64,000 bases of DNA from Candidatus Woesebacteria bacterium GW2011_GWB1_33_38 (GTDB taxonomy: Bacteria; Patescibacteriota; Microgenomatia; UBA8517): contig LBPF01000001.1 of assembly GCA_000990005.1 (NCBI GenBank), positions 90,315-154,314 on the forward strand, written 5' to 3'. Numbering within the stretch: the stretch's first letter is position 1; each line of letters begins with the position of its first letter. The position numbers and the translations under genes were made by a program. Of this stretch, positions 39,811 through 49,643 are shown in pieces. Under the pieces are notes generated by a model. That model was not told the origin of the DNA. It worked only from the letters and a program-made list of their open reading frames with translations, and searched no databases.

Positions 39811-40646
39811 CAATATATGCACATACACTTTTCAAAAATGAAGAACGCTTTCTTTGGTATTCTGTTAATTCTGTTATAAATTATGTTGATAAACTATTTC
39901 TTTGGGATACAGGTTCAACTGATAGATCTTGGGACATCGCCTCTCTTTTAAAGAAAAAATATAAAGATAAAATAGATTTAAGACAATATGGTGAAGTAAC
40001 AACTGAAACTTTTCCTATAGCCAGGCAAGAAATGTTAAATGAAACAGATGCTGATTGGTTCATTGTATTAGATGCAGACGAGATATATTGGCAGGATTCG
40101 ATACAAAAAGTAGTTAAATGTATAACAAGTAATACAAGTATTACAGGTTTTGAAACGATTATTGTTCCTACAATTAATTTAGTGGGGGACATTTATCATT
40201 ATCAGGAAAAAGAAGCTGGTAAATATCAATTTGGTGAACTTAAAGGCCATTATAATTTGAGGGCAATTAAAAGAAACATTAATGGTTTACATTCTAAAGG
40301 TGTACATGGTGTATGGGGATGGGCAGATCAAGAAGGAAAACAGATTCAAGAAAGAAATACTTATAAATTTGTTGATGCACCCTATTTACATGCAACCCAT
40401 TTACCTAGGGGGGAAGGTAGAGTAGACGATAAAAAAGTTCCCAAAAGATCTAAAAAATTAAAATATGAAATAGGCGAAAGATTTCCGTTAGATTTTTACT
40501 ATCCAGAAGTTTTTTTTGAAGATAAACCTGATTTTATAATTTCTCCGTGGATGCCTATGACTATTGACTATAAGCTGATGGCATTTGTACAAACGCCATT
40601 TAGAAAAATAAAAAGGAGGTTTATCAAAAATGGAGTGGGGTATTAA
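39807..40646 (+). CDS. GT2 glycosyltransferase
   Basis: KNEE, DTGSTD, LDADE and YLH. Confidence 0.85.
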   Translation: MTIYAHTLFKNEERFLWYSVNSVINYVDKLFLWDTGSTDRSWDIASLLKKKYKDKIDLRQYGEVTTETFPIARQEMLNETDADWFIVLDADEIYWQDSIQKVVKCITSNTSITGFETIIVPTINLVGDIYHYQEKEAGKYQFGELKGHYNLRAIKRNINGLHSKGVHGVWGWADQEGKQIQERNTYKFVDAPYLHATHLPRGEGRVDDKKVPKRSKKLKYEIGERFPLDFYYPEVFFEDKPDFIISPWMPMTIDYKLMAFVQTPFRKIKRRFIKNGVGY

Positions 40647-41847
40647 TTTTACTGCCTGGCCTGAAATGATAGCCTGGCCGTATCTAATATTACAGGGATG
40701 GCTTCCGTATCGAGATATTGCTATAGCTCATAATCCACTACTACTGTTAGATCTAGTAGTCTTTTTTAAACTTTTTGGAGTTGGAATACTTCAACTAAAG
40801 ATTTATACCTGGGTTTTAATTTCCATTAATATTTATATAACCTATTTTGTTGCAAATAAATTTTGGAGTAAGAATGTCGCTTTTGCGTCTGCCGCTATCT
40901 ACTTACTTTTAACTGTTGTATATGAAGGCAATGGTCTCTGGTTTGATCTTGCTTTAGTTCCATTTGTTTTATTACTTTATTTGTTTATTCGCCAGAAAAA
41001 ATATTTATTTGCTGGAATTATTTTTGCATTAGGATTTTTAACGAAACAGACATTTATTTATTTTTTGATACCTGTTCTTTTATCTAACATAAATATCAAA
41101 AAGTTTTTGCTTGGAGTAACTTCTATCTTTGGAATTTTTACTTTATATCTTTTTACTAATAACTTAATACTTTATTATTACGATTGGGCTATTAAATTTG
41201 GAATTTTTTATCTCCCCAATGCTGTAGGTCAGGTACAATTACCGACTCTTAGGCAATTTTTATTTTCCGTGTTTCCATTTTTAATTTTTACTTTAAATTT
41301 TGATTTTTTACTTTTAACTTTTGCATTTGTAGGAGTTTTGGGAGTATACCCTAGGTGGGAACTGTTTCATTTTCAACCGGCTCTGCCATTTATTGCAATT
41401 GCTGTTGCTATTTTTTTATTTTCTAAAAGTAGAAATATAGTTAAGATCGTTTTTCTGATTTTTATATTTTGCTTTGCCTTTGTTGGTTTAAAAAGACAAA
41501 TTGGAAATAACACACGTTTTTATGAACCTGAAGTAATAAAAATAACTGAAGAGATAATAAAGTTAAGAACTGAAGAAATATATATTATTAATTACTGGGA
41601 CAATATCTATGCATTTACAAATACAATTCCTTCAACTAAACCTTTAATTCCATATATACCTTGGTATTTATCATATGATAACAGTAAGGATTTAATTTTA
41701 AACGACTTAAAATCAGAAATGTCAGAAGCGATAATGGTTAATGAAAAAGATAAACTTGAATTTTTGGAATTAAAAGATTTTATTGATATGTTTTATTCAT
41801 GTGAGAATAAATTTAAACAAGTTGAATTGTGTATAAAAAACAAATGA
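40630..41847 (+). CDS. GT-C-like membrane protein
   Basis: G.LPYRDI..HNP, LGFLTKQ and HFQPALP; multi-TM. The true start may lie upstream. Confidence 0.7.
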   Translation: MEWGINFTAWPEMIAWPYLILQGWLPYRDIAIAHNPLLLLDLVVFFKLFGVGILQLKIYTWVLISINIYITYFVANKFWSKNVAFASAAIYLLLTVVYEGNGLWFDLALVPFVLLLYLFIRQKKYLFAGIIFALGFLTKQTFIYFLIPVLLSNINIKKFLLGVTSIFGIFTLYLFTNNLILYYYDWAIKFGIFYLPNAVGQVQLPTLRQFLFSVFPFLIFTLNFDFLLLTFAFVGVLGVYPRWELFHFQPALPFIAIAVAIFLFSKSRNIVKIVFLIFIFCFAFVGLKRQIGNNTRFYEPEVIKITEEIIKLRTEEIYIINYWDNIYAFTNTIPSTKPLIPYIPWYLSYDNSKDLILNDLKSEMSEAIMVNEKDKLEFLELKDFIDMFYSCENKFKQVELCIKNK

Positions 41848-42926
41848 AAAAGATTGGTATTCTATCATTTTATGGAGGTATCATTAACCGTGGAGTCGAA
41901 ATTTTAGTACATAGACTATCTAATGAGATTGTTGATCACGGGTACGACGTAACTGTTTATCAAATTGGACCAAGATTAATAGATGCTAAATATAAAACAG
42001 TATCACTGTTTTCAAACGTGGATTGGAACCAAAAGAGTTCAAATGTTGCTTTTTTAAATCATTACAGTCTCAAAATAATGGAGTTTACCTTACAGGTATT
42101 GAAAATCATTGATAAAAAGACAGATATTGTTTTTCCAACCAATGGCCAGTGGCAAAGTGTGCTGTGTAGTATTTGGGCAAAAATTAAAAGAAAGAAAGTA
42201 ATCATATCTGGTTTTTCAGGTATCGGCTTTGATGATAGAGTCAATCTCTATACCTTTCCTGATCGGTTCATACCAATGTCAACAAAAGCATTGGAAAAAT
42301 CAAGAAAGATCAACCCGTTTGTTAAGTTGGTAAAAATTCCTGGAGGGGTTGATTTAAATAAATTTAAAAAAGCTTTAAATAATAAAAATGATATTCAAAA
42401 GACGGTTCTTTCAGTGGGTGCATTTACTGATCAGAAAAGACATGATTTAGTCATAAATGCTGTTTCAAAACTCAATAATGTTAATTTAATAATTGCGGGG
42501 GGTGGAGGAAATAAAAAGAAAGAAATTAAAGAACTTGGTGAAAGACTATTAGATAATAGGTTTAAAGTTGTTGAGATAGCACATGATAAGATGCCTGACA
42601 TTTACAACCTAGCTGATGTTTTCACCTTGGCCTCTGAGCCCTCTGAGGCCTTTGGTATGGTATTAATTGAAGCAATGGCTTGTGGATTGCCAGTTGTAGC
42701 TACAGATGATCCAATTCGACGCGAAATAGTAGGCAATGCGGGATTGTTTGTAGATCCGACAAATATTGATTTATACGCAGAAAAGATCAAGGAAGCTTTA
42801 AATATTGATTGGGGAGATAAGCAAAGCTTGGCCAAGCTAGGGCTTGGTAAACCAAGAAAACAGGCTGAAAAGTTTAGTTGGGATATAATAGCGTCAGAAT
42901 ATGAAAAATTATTTAAAACTTTATGA
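41844..42926 (+). CDS. GT4 glycosyltransferase
   Basis: RGVE, GVDL and EAFGMVLIEAMACGLPVV. Confidence 0.9.
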   Translation: MKKIGILSFYGGIINRGVEILVHRLSNEIVDHGYDVTVYQIGPRLIDAKYKTVSLFSNVDWNQKSSNVAFLNHYSLKIMEFTLQVLKIIDKKTDIVFPTNGQWQSVLCSIWAKIKRKKVIISGFSGIGFDDRVNLYTFPDRFIPMSTKALEKSRKINPFVKLVKIPGGVDLNKFKKALNNKNDIQKTVLSVGAFTDQKRHDLVINAVSKLNNVNLIIAGGGGNKKKEIKELGERLLDNRFKVVEIAHDKMPDIYNLADVFTLASEPSEAFGMVLIEAMACGLPVVATDDPIRREIVGNAGLFVDPTNIDLYAEKIKEALNIDWGDKQSLAKLGLGKPRKQAEKFSWDIIASEYEKLFKTL

Positions 42927-43765
42927 TTAGCGTAATTATCCCCACATACAATGAAGAAGATGTAATTAGTGATTGTTTATTATCACTATCTAAACAGTCA
43001 TTTAAAGACTTTGAAGTAATTGTTGTTGATGACGGAAGTGTTGATAATTCAAAAATAAAAATTCAAAACTCAAAAATACAATTTAAAAATCTAAAATTAA
43101 TCCTTTTAGGACAAGACCATAAAGGAGCGGGAAACGCTAGGAATTTGGGGGCAAAACATGCAAATGGAGATATTTTGGTTTTTGTTGATGCTGACATGAC
43201 TTTTGACAAAAACTTTATAAAAATGCTTGCTAAGCCAATAATTACGGGCAAATTAAAAGGTGTGTTTTCCAAAGAAGAGCACGTTAGTAACTGGAGCAAT
43301 GTTTGGTCAAGGTGCTGGAATATAAACGAAGGTTGGGAGGATAAAAAAAGACACCCTAAAAAATATCCAGATTACCAACCTGTTTTTAGAGCAATATTAA
43401 AGTCAGAATTTAATAAAGTCGGTGGTTTTACTCCTGGAGGATATGATGATGATTGGAGTTTATCTAAAAAATTAGGCTACGAAGCATTTTTTTCGCCGAA
43501 GGCGGTGTTTTTTCATAAAAATCCTGAAGGCTTAAAAGAAATATTTAATCATGCCAAATGGGTGGGGAAAAGGCAGTATAAGTTAGGACTATTGGGTTAC
43601 TTGATAGGTTTAATTAGGAGTTCTTTCCCGGTCTCACTATTTATTGGCTTCGTTAAATCTGTATTAAGTTTTAATTTTTATTTTTTAATTTTCAAATTGG
43701 TGTATGACTTTGGAATTTTTGTGGGAATAATTAATTTTATGTTTACCAAAAAAGGTGCAAAATGA
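42923..43765 (+). CDS. GT2 glycosyltransferase
   Basis: ISVIIPTYNEE, VVDDGS, ARNLG and FVDAD. Confidence 0.9.
   Translation: MISVIIPTYNEEDVISDCLLSLSKQSFKDFEVIVVDDGSVDNSKIKIQNSKIQFKNLKLILLGQDHKGAGNARNLGAKHANGDILVFVDADMTFDKNFIKMLAKPIITGKLKGVFSKEEHVSNWSNVWSRCWNINEGWEDKKRHPKKYPDYQPVFRAILKSEFNKVGGFTPGGYDDDWSLSKKLGYEAFFSPKAVFFHKNPEGLKEIFNHAKWVGKRQYKLGLLGYLIGLIRSSFPVSLFIGFVKSVLSFNFYFLIFKLVYDFGIFVGIINFMFTKKGAK
43046..43101 (+). repeat. Degenerate in-frame 7-bp tandem array (AATTCAA-like, about 8 units)
   Basis: AATTCAA AAATAAA AATTCAA AACTCAA AAATACA ATTTAAA AATCTAA AATTAAT encodes NSKIKIQNSKIQFKNLKL. Confidence 0.65.
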
Positions 43766-45057
43766 TATTCTCTGTTTTATTTTTTGGAACCATAGTTAGA
43801 CTGATATCTATCAACCAGTCGTTGTGGTTAGATGAAGCTACAACTGCTATAGCGTCACAATTAAGCTTGTCTGATTTTTTTACACATTTTATGTCAGGGG
43901 ATTTTCATCCACCTCTTTATTATTTAGTAATTCATTATTGGACTTTAGTTTTTGGATATTCTGAAATTGCATTAAGGTTTCCATCTGTAATTTTTGGATT
44001 ATTAACTATCTACTTGGTTTATTTAATTGCCAGAGAGATCAAAGTTAAATGGCCAATTATCGCCCCTCTATTTTTAGCAACATCTGGACTTCACATTTAC
44101 TATTCCCAAGAAGCTAGGATGTATTCAATGGCTACATTTTTAGTTACCTTAACAGTTTATTTGTTTTTGAAACAAAAATGGTTATTATTTGCCTTAACTT
44201 TACCGTTGATCTTTTTGACAGACTATTTGTCAATTTTAATTCTCCCAGCCCTAATTACTTATTCGTATTTTTATGATAAAAGAATATTAAAAAATATGTT
44301 TTTTTCTACAACACCTCTTTTAATTACTTTTATAATTTGGTTTCCAACATTTTTTAAACAACTGACACATGGAATGTTGGTCAAAGAAAATGCAAATAAT
44401 TGGTGGAATATATTAGGTCCTGTTACTTTTAAAAACGTTGCATTAATTCCTACAAAATTTATGATTGGTAGGGTAAGTATTGAGAGTCAAACAATCTACT
44501 TAAGTGTAATCATTACGCTTGGCTTTATTTTTGCCCTAGCTTTATCAAAAGCAAAAAACAAACTAGTTTGGTCATGGTTTCTTGTAAGTTTAATTGTTGG
44601 TGTTTTAATATCATTTTTTATTCCGACCTTAACTTATTTTAGATACTTATTTATTCTGCCCGCCTTTTACTTGCTTCTGTCTGAAACAGCAGGCAAGATT
44701 TTAATTGCATTGATAATAGCAATAAATCTGTTAACTTCTAGTTTCTATCTTCTAAATTCTAAATTTCATCGTGAAGATTGGAGAAGTGTAGCCAAAGAAA
44801 TTGGTGATCAAAAAATTGTTTTTCCTAACGATTCACAAAAAGAAGCACTAATATACTATGGAAAAGAAGAAAATATTATTTCTGTCCAAGAGCTAAAGAC
44901 AATTAGCAATGAGCCTGTCTGGCTATCTCGCTATGTTTGGGAAATATTTGACCCCACAGATTCTACCCGTCTTCGATTAATTGATAGGGGATATAATATG
45001 ATCGAGGAAAAAAGATATAATGGAGTAGTGATTCAAAAATATGAAAGTCGCAATTGA
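43762..45057 (+). CDS. GT-C fold mannosyltransferase-like protein (PMT_2)
   Basis: QSLWLDEA, DFHPPLYY, ALRFPS and YSQEARMY. Confidence 0.85.
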   Translation: MIFSVLFFGTIVRLISINQSLWLDEATTAIASQLSLSDFFTHFMSGDFHPPLYYLVIHYWTLVFGYSEIALRFPSVIFGLLTIYLVYLIAREIKVKWPIIAPLFLATSGLHIYYSQEARMYSMATFLVTLTVYLFLKQKWLLFALTLPLIFLTDYLSILILPALITYSYFYDKRILKNMFFSTTPLLITFIIWFPTFFKQLTHGMLVKENANNWWNILGPVTFKNVALIPTKFMIGRVSIESQTIYLSVIITLGFIFALALSKAKNKLVWSWFLVSLIVGVLISFFIPTLTYFRYLFILPAFYLLLSETAGKILIALIIAINLLTSSFYLLNSKFHREDWRSVAKEIGDQKIVFPNDSQKEALIYYGKEENIISVQELKTISNEPVWLSRYVWEIFDPTDSTRLRLIDRGYNMIEEKRYNGVVIQKYESRN

Positions 45058-46111
45058 TTTGTCACCAATAATATATGGAACAGGAGTTTCCCATTACAGG
45101 GAAAATCTGGTTCGTAATTTACTAAAGATTGATTCTAAAAACGATTATTTGCTATATGGTGGATCGTTTAGAAGATACAAGGAATTAGGGGTTAAAATTC
45201 AGGAATTAGGTAAGTCAGAAAACAAGATTTTTCCGATACCGCCGACACTTGCTGATATTCTATGGAATAAATTACACATTCTTCCTATTGAAAAATTGAT
45301 TGGTAAGGTGGATTTAATTCACACCTCTGATTGGGCTGAACCACCTTCCATTTTTCCTAAAGTAACCACAATTCATGATTTGACGCCGATAAAATTTCCT
45401 AAAATCACCCCCAAAATTATAGTGGAGACTCACAAGGAAAGGTTAAAATGGGTTAACAAAGAGTCCAAACGAATAATTGTACCAAGCAACACCACAAAAC
45501 AAGACCTTGTTGAATTGGGATTTGATGAAAATCTAATAACAGTTATATATGAAGCACCTAATTTTTCTAAAGCTTTAGACTCCGAAGTCGAAAGGGTAAG
45601 GGTTAAATTTGATATTCATAGCGATTATATTATTACGATTGGTACTAATCCTAGAAAAAATATAGAAAGACTTATAAATGGATATCATCTTTCAAAGGCT
45701 GGGAAAAATATAAAACTATTAATCGTAGGAGAAAGAAAAGGTGTTAAACATGAGGATCAAAGAGGTGTCAGATTTCTAGGATTTATTCCAGATAGCGATT
45801 TAGAACCACTTTTAACTGGATCAAGGCTTTTAGTTTTCCCATCAATTTATGAAGGATTAGGTGTTCCAATTTTAGACGGCTTTAACTGCGAAGTGCCTGT
45901 TGTTACTTCAAATTTAGGGAGTATGAAAGAGGTTTCAGGCGATGCTTCAGTTTTAGTTGATCCATATGATGTCAACTCAATATCGGAGGGTATTACAAAG
46001 GCTCTAGAGACACCAAAGACATTAATTGCCAAGGGTCTAAGACGTGTTGCCGATTTCTCCTGGACCAAATGTGCAGAAGAAACTTTAGAAGTTTATAATG
46101 AATTTAAATGA
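45041..46111 (+). CDS. GT4 glycosyltransferase
   Basis: TIHDL, NPRKN and YEGLGVPILDG. Confidence 0.9.
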   Translation: MKVAIDLSPIIYGTGVSHYRENLVRNLLKIDSKNDYLLYGGSFRRYKELGVKIQELGKSENKIFPIPPTLADILWNKLHILPIEKLIGKVDLIHTSDWAEPPSIFPKVTTIHDLTPIKFPKITPKIIVETHKERLKWVNKESKRIIVPSNTTKQDLVELGFDENLITVIYEAPNFSKALDSEVERVRVKFDIHSDYIITIGTNPRKNIERLINGYHLSKAGKNIKLLIVGERKGVKHEDQRGVRFLGFIPDSDLEPLLTGSRLLVFPSIYEGLGVPILDGFNCEVPVVTSNLGSMKEVSGDASVLVDPYDVNSISEGITKALETPKTLIAKGLRRVADFSWTKCAEETLEVYNEFK

Positions 46112-46566
46112 ATAATATAATAATAAAAAAAGCCGCAATTGATGATATGAATAAAATTTGGGAATTAGGTTCAAATGTAAATGAATTCCAGGTTAGTGAT
46201 GAAGTAGCGACTTTTTGGCCAAAGGAAATTTTAGAGAAATGTATTACAGATGGATCAATATTTGTGGCAAAAGACGAAGGTGTAATTGTTGGTTTTGTAA
46301 TTTCAAATTATAACCCGATCTTTAAAAAGGCGATCATTGAAAATATATTTGTTGACCCTGGATTTAGAGGGAAAGGTGTTGCTAAAAAATTATTAGCTAG
46401 TTTGTTGTCTAATTTAAGAACTAAAGGATGTGGATATGCTTGCGCACTAATTGAAAAGACAGATATCTCTGGAATTAATTTTTATATTAAGAACAGTTTT
46501 AATAAGGGTATAAATTGTGTGTGGATGGACCAAATTTTAAAAAGTAATTTTAAGAAAAACACTTAG
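46108..46566 (+). CDS. GNAT family acetyltransferase
   Basis: IFVDPGFRGKGVA acetyl-CoA motif and NFY.K. Confidence 0.85.
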   Translation: MNNIIIKKAAIDDMNKIWELGSNVNEFQVSDEVATFWPKEILEKCITDGSIFVAKDEGVIVGFVISNYNPIFKKAIIENIFVDPGFRGKGVAKKLLASLLSNLRTKGCGYACALIEKTDISGINFYIKNSFNKGINCVWMDQILKSNFKKNT

Positions 46567-46687
46567 GCGAAGGCGGGGGACTGTCGAATTTGATCAATAA
46601 CTTTTCCATGACTATCAGACCTTAGTTGCTGTGCCTCAATTCTTCGATCAATCGTGTCAAGTTGCTTTTGAATATCGCCCACGTTTT

Positions 46688-48276
46688 CCTGACTTTCTCC
46701 TTTTAGTACGCAATTAGTATTTGAGTTTTGTTATTAATTCTTCAGTTTCTTTATTTTTTTGCCTTTTGGTGGTTATTTCACCTGTTATTGTATTTAAAAG
46801 TCTAACATCAGGAACAGACATAATTATGTCTTTAATTTCTCTTATGGACTTCTTATTTTTAAGTTCAATTGATTTAATGAGGCAAAGACTTAGAAAAACT
46901 ATTAAGATATGAGCTTTTATGCTTTCTTTTTTGTAGTGAAATACTGGTCTTGCTAAAAGATCTGATTTTGCAATTCTAAATGCTTTTTCAACATGCCAGA
47001 GGTCTTTATATCTTGAAATAATTAAGCTTGGTTCTTGATTTTTGAGGTTTGTATAATATCCTTTGATTCCTTCTAAAAGTTCATCTTTAAAAATGAGTTC
47101 TTGATTTAAAACTGGTTTTAATTTTGAAGTTTCTTTTACAAATCTTGATCTTTTTGAATATTTGCTATTTGAATTAATTTGATTTAATGCTTTTTGTATT
47201 TGTTTTTTCCTATCTGATCTATTTTTGTTTGCTCTTTTAACTGAATAGTCACAAAGGAGTATTCCTTTGTCTGTTTCTACTTGAAAAAAGATTCCCTCTG
47301 TTTTGTTTAAGGTATTTGAAAGCTCCTTAGTTAGTTTTAAAGGTAGGCTTGATATTCTTGCACCAACTATGTATTTTATGTCTTTTTGTACTAATTTTTG
47401 GATGTTATCAAATGAAAGCATCCCAGCATCTGCAACAATTGTTAAATTTTCTATTCCATGTTTTTTCTTGAAATTTTCAATTGTAGGTATCATTGTATGA
47501 CCCTCAAACGTATTACCACTAAAAACATCCATGGCTATTGGGTAACCCTCTTTTGTAACAATCAAAGAAACTAAAACTTGAGGCTGATTTGGTTTATTAT
47601 CTTTTGAAAATCCAATTCTCCTAAATTCCTCTTTATCTTCTTTAAAAGTTTCAAAATATAGTGTAGTTATGTCAAAAAAAACAAGTGAAAAGTCAAAAGA
47701 GAGATATTTTTTGGCATATTCAAAAGCCAACTTTTCAGCATCATCCTTTAGCCTGTTAAATCTTAACAGTCTTTTATACAAGGTATTTTTGGTGTAATTA
47801 ATTTCAAAATATTTCTTCAAAATACCTATACTTCTTAATTTAGAGCATGGATCAATTACTCTTACAATACTTAAGTCTTTTAAAAGTGAGTCCAATAATC
47901 CTTCAAAACCATTGAGTTTGTAATACTTTTCTAAAAACTGATATGCAAAAGAATAATTTAAACCAACAAAATCCAGACTATCTAAAGAGACAATATGATT
48001 TTTCTCAAACTCAGAAAAAAGTGAACCAGTCCTCTCATATTTTCTTACAAAATCATGTGCTAAACATATCAAACCTTGGAGTTTCCCAAAATCTTTAGTA
48101 CTTCCAATGTGTTTAATCACTTTATAATCATGTCCACCAGACACAACTTGAACAGAAACACCACCAGAAGCCAACTTCACTTTTCTAACCCTCATCTACC
48201 AATTCTAAACTAGTACGCAAATTAACAACAATTTGAAGCTAAAAGATATTAATTATTGGCTATGGAGAAAGTCAGG
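46688..48276 (-). mobile_element. IS1634-family insertion sequence (1589 bp)
   Basis: 13-bp perfect TIRs CCTGACTTTCTCC (46688-46700) and GGAGAAAGTCAGG (48264-48276); flanking 38-bp direct repeat at 46650-46687 and 48277-48314. Confidence 0.9.
46714..48195 (-). CDS. IS1634-family DDE transposase
   Basis: VIKHIGS, FFDITTLYFE, GFSKD, VADAGM, LWHVEKAFRIAKSDL and RPVFH...IKAHI; intact ORF. Confidence 0.9.
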   Translation of the reverse strand: MRVRKVKLASGGVSVQVVSGGHDYKVIKHIGSTKDFGKLQGLICLAHDFVRKYERTGSLFSEFEKNHIVSLDSLDFVGLNYSFAYQFLEKYYKLNGFEGLLDSLLKDLSIVRVIDPCSKLRSIGILKKYFEINYTKNTLYKRLLRFNRLKDDAEKLAFEYAKKYLSFDFSLVFFDITTLYFETFKEDKEEFRRIGFSKDNKPNQPQVLVSLIVTKEGYPIAMDVFSGNTFEGHTMIPTIENFKKKHGIENLTIVADAGMLSFDNIQKLVQKDIKYIVGARISSLPLKLTKELSNTLNKTEGIFFQVETDKGILLCDYSVKRANKNRSDRKKQIQKALNQINSNSKYSKRSRFVKETSKLKPVLNQELIFKDELLEGIKGYYTNLKNQEPSLIISRYKDLWHVEKAFRIAKSDLLARPVFHYKKESIKAHILIVFLSLCLIKSIELKNKKSIREIKDIIMSVPDVRLLNTITGEITTKRQKNKETEELITKLKY

Positions 48277-48512
48277 AATCGTGTCAAGTTGCTTTTGAAT
48301 ATCGCCCACGTTTTCTTTAACTTCTCCAATTTCAAGTCTAAGTTCTTGGATATCATCTTTGGTGGCCATCTTTTCATTCATGTCATCGAGCACTGGTAAA
48401 ACCAATTCGGTTATGCCCTGATTAAATAAGTCCACTATTTCTTTTTTATCTTTCTTTGTCATATCTTTATAATAATACTGACTTAAGCTGTCGTCAATGA
48501 TACAATCTAGAT

Positions 48513-49643
48513 ATGAATATTGGTATTGATGGAAATGAGGCAAATATTAAAGATAGAGTAGGAGTTAATAAATACGCATACGAGATGCTTTGGGGCCTGT
48601 ATAAATTAAACATAAAAAAAGAAAACCCGAATAATCTTATAGTTTATCTTAAAGATGAGCCTCTTCCTGACCTGCCAAAGGAAACAAATAACTTTAAGTA
48701 TAAAGTTCTTGCAGGTGGAGGACTTTGGATATTGTCAAAACTTACTCCGTATCTTTTTAAAAATCCAGAAAAGATCGAAGTTTTGTTTTCTCCGAGTCAT
48801 TACACACCTCCGATTTTACCAATTAAACGTGTTTGCTCAATAATGGACCTCGGTTATCTCAATAATTCGGAACATTTTGAAAAAAAGGTGTTTTGGCAGT
48901 TAAAATACTGGAGTGCTATTTCGATTTTTGTCTCCAAAAGGATACTAACTATATCAGACTCTAGCAAACAAGACATTGTACGACATTACCCAAGCACAGC
49001 TAAAAAAATCTTTGTTACACATTTAGGTTATGATAAAGATAGATTTAATCTTGATGTAGATAAAGATCTTGTACGACGAGTCAAAAATAAGTACTCTATA
49101 GTTGATGACTATATTCTCTTTGTAAGTACACTTAAACCATCAAAAAACATTGAAGGACTTGTTGAGGCGTTTTCGCAAATAATTTTTAAGTATCCAAACC
49201 TGTCGCTAGTTGTTGCTGGTAAAAAAGGTTGGATGTTTGAAAAGATAAACGAAAAAGTTAAAAGTTTAGGTTTAGAGAAAAAAGTTATTTTTACAGATTA
49301 TTTCCCAGAAGAAGAAAGACCTGCCTTGATGGCGGGTTGTAAATTTTATATACTCCCTTCTTTTTGGGAAGGTTTTGGTATTGAAATACTCTCAGCATTT
49401 GGTTGTGGCAAGTCAGTAGTGGTTTCAAACATTGGATCAATTCCTGAAGTTGCTGGTAAGGCTGGCATTTATGTTAATCCAAATAATGTTGGTAGTATTA
49501 CCAAAGGAATAGAAAAAGTTTTAAATATGAACGAGAAAGAATATAATAGTATTGTGAATCTGGGCTTTGAACAAGCTAAAAAATTTAGTTGGGAAGAATG
49601 TAGTAGAAAAATACTAGAAGTAATAGAAAAAATAAATGATTAA
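48513..49643 (+). CDS. GT4 glycosyltransferase
   Basis: IGIDGNEAN...RVGV, KPSKN and PSFWEGFG; TGATACAAT extended -10 lies 6 nt upstream. Confidence 0.9.
   Translation: MNIGIDGNEANIKDRVGVNKYAYEMLWGLYKLNIKKENPNNLIVYLKDEPLPDLPKETNNFKYKVLAGGGLWILSKLTPYLFKNPEKIEVLFSPSHYTPPILPIKRVCSIMDLGYLNNSEHFEKKVFWQLKYWSAISIFVSKRILTISDSSKQDIVRHYPSTAKKIFVTHLGYDKDRFNLDVDKDLVRRVKNKYSIVDDYILFVSTLKPSKNIEGLVEAFSQIIFKYPNLSLVVAGKKGWMFEKINEKVKSLGLEKKVIFTDYFPEEERPALMAGCKFYILPSFWEGFGIEILSAFGCGKSVVVSNIGSIPEVAGKAGIYVNPNNVGSITKGIEKVLNMNEKEYNSIVNLGFEQAKKFSWEECSRKILEVIEKIND

Larger units (their letters stand above)
46563..48462 (-). pseudogene. Small coiled-coil protein gene (about 90 aa) interrupted by the IS
   Basis: Removing the IS and one duplicated copy restores MTKKDKKEIV...ATKDDIQEL...DIQKQLDTIDRRIEAQQLRSDSHGKVIDQIRQSPAFA*, 273 bp in frame. 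Confidence 0.8.

Noticed and set aside
48253..48543. 96-aa ORF as an intact gene
   Set aside because: Its N-terminus overlaps the GT4 start and its C-terminus runs into the IS end; it is the 5' part of the interrupted gene starting at 48462.
48977..49077. TTGTACGAC occurring twice in a GT4
   Set aside because: Only 9 bp and explained by similar peptides (DIVRH and DLVRR).
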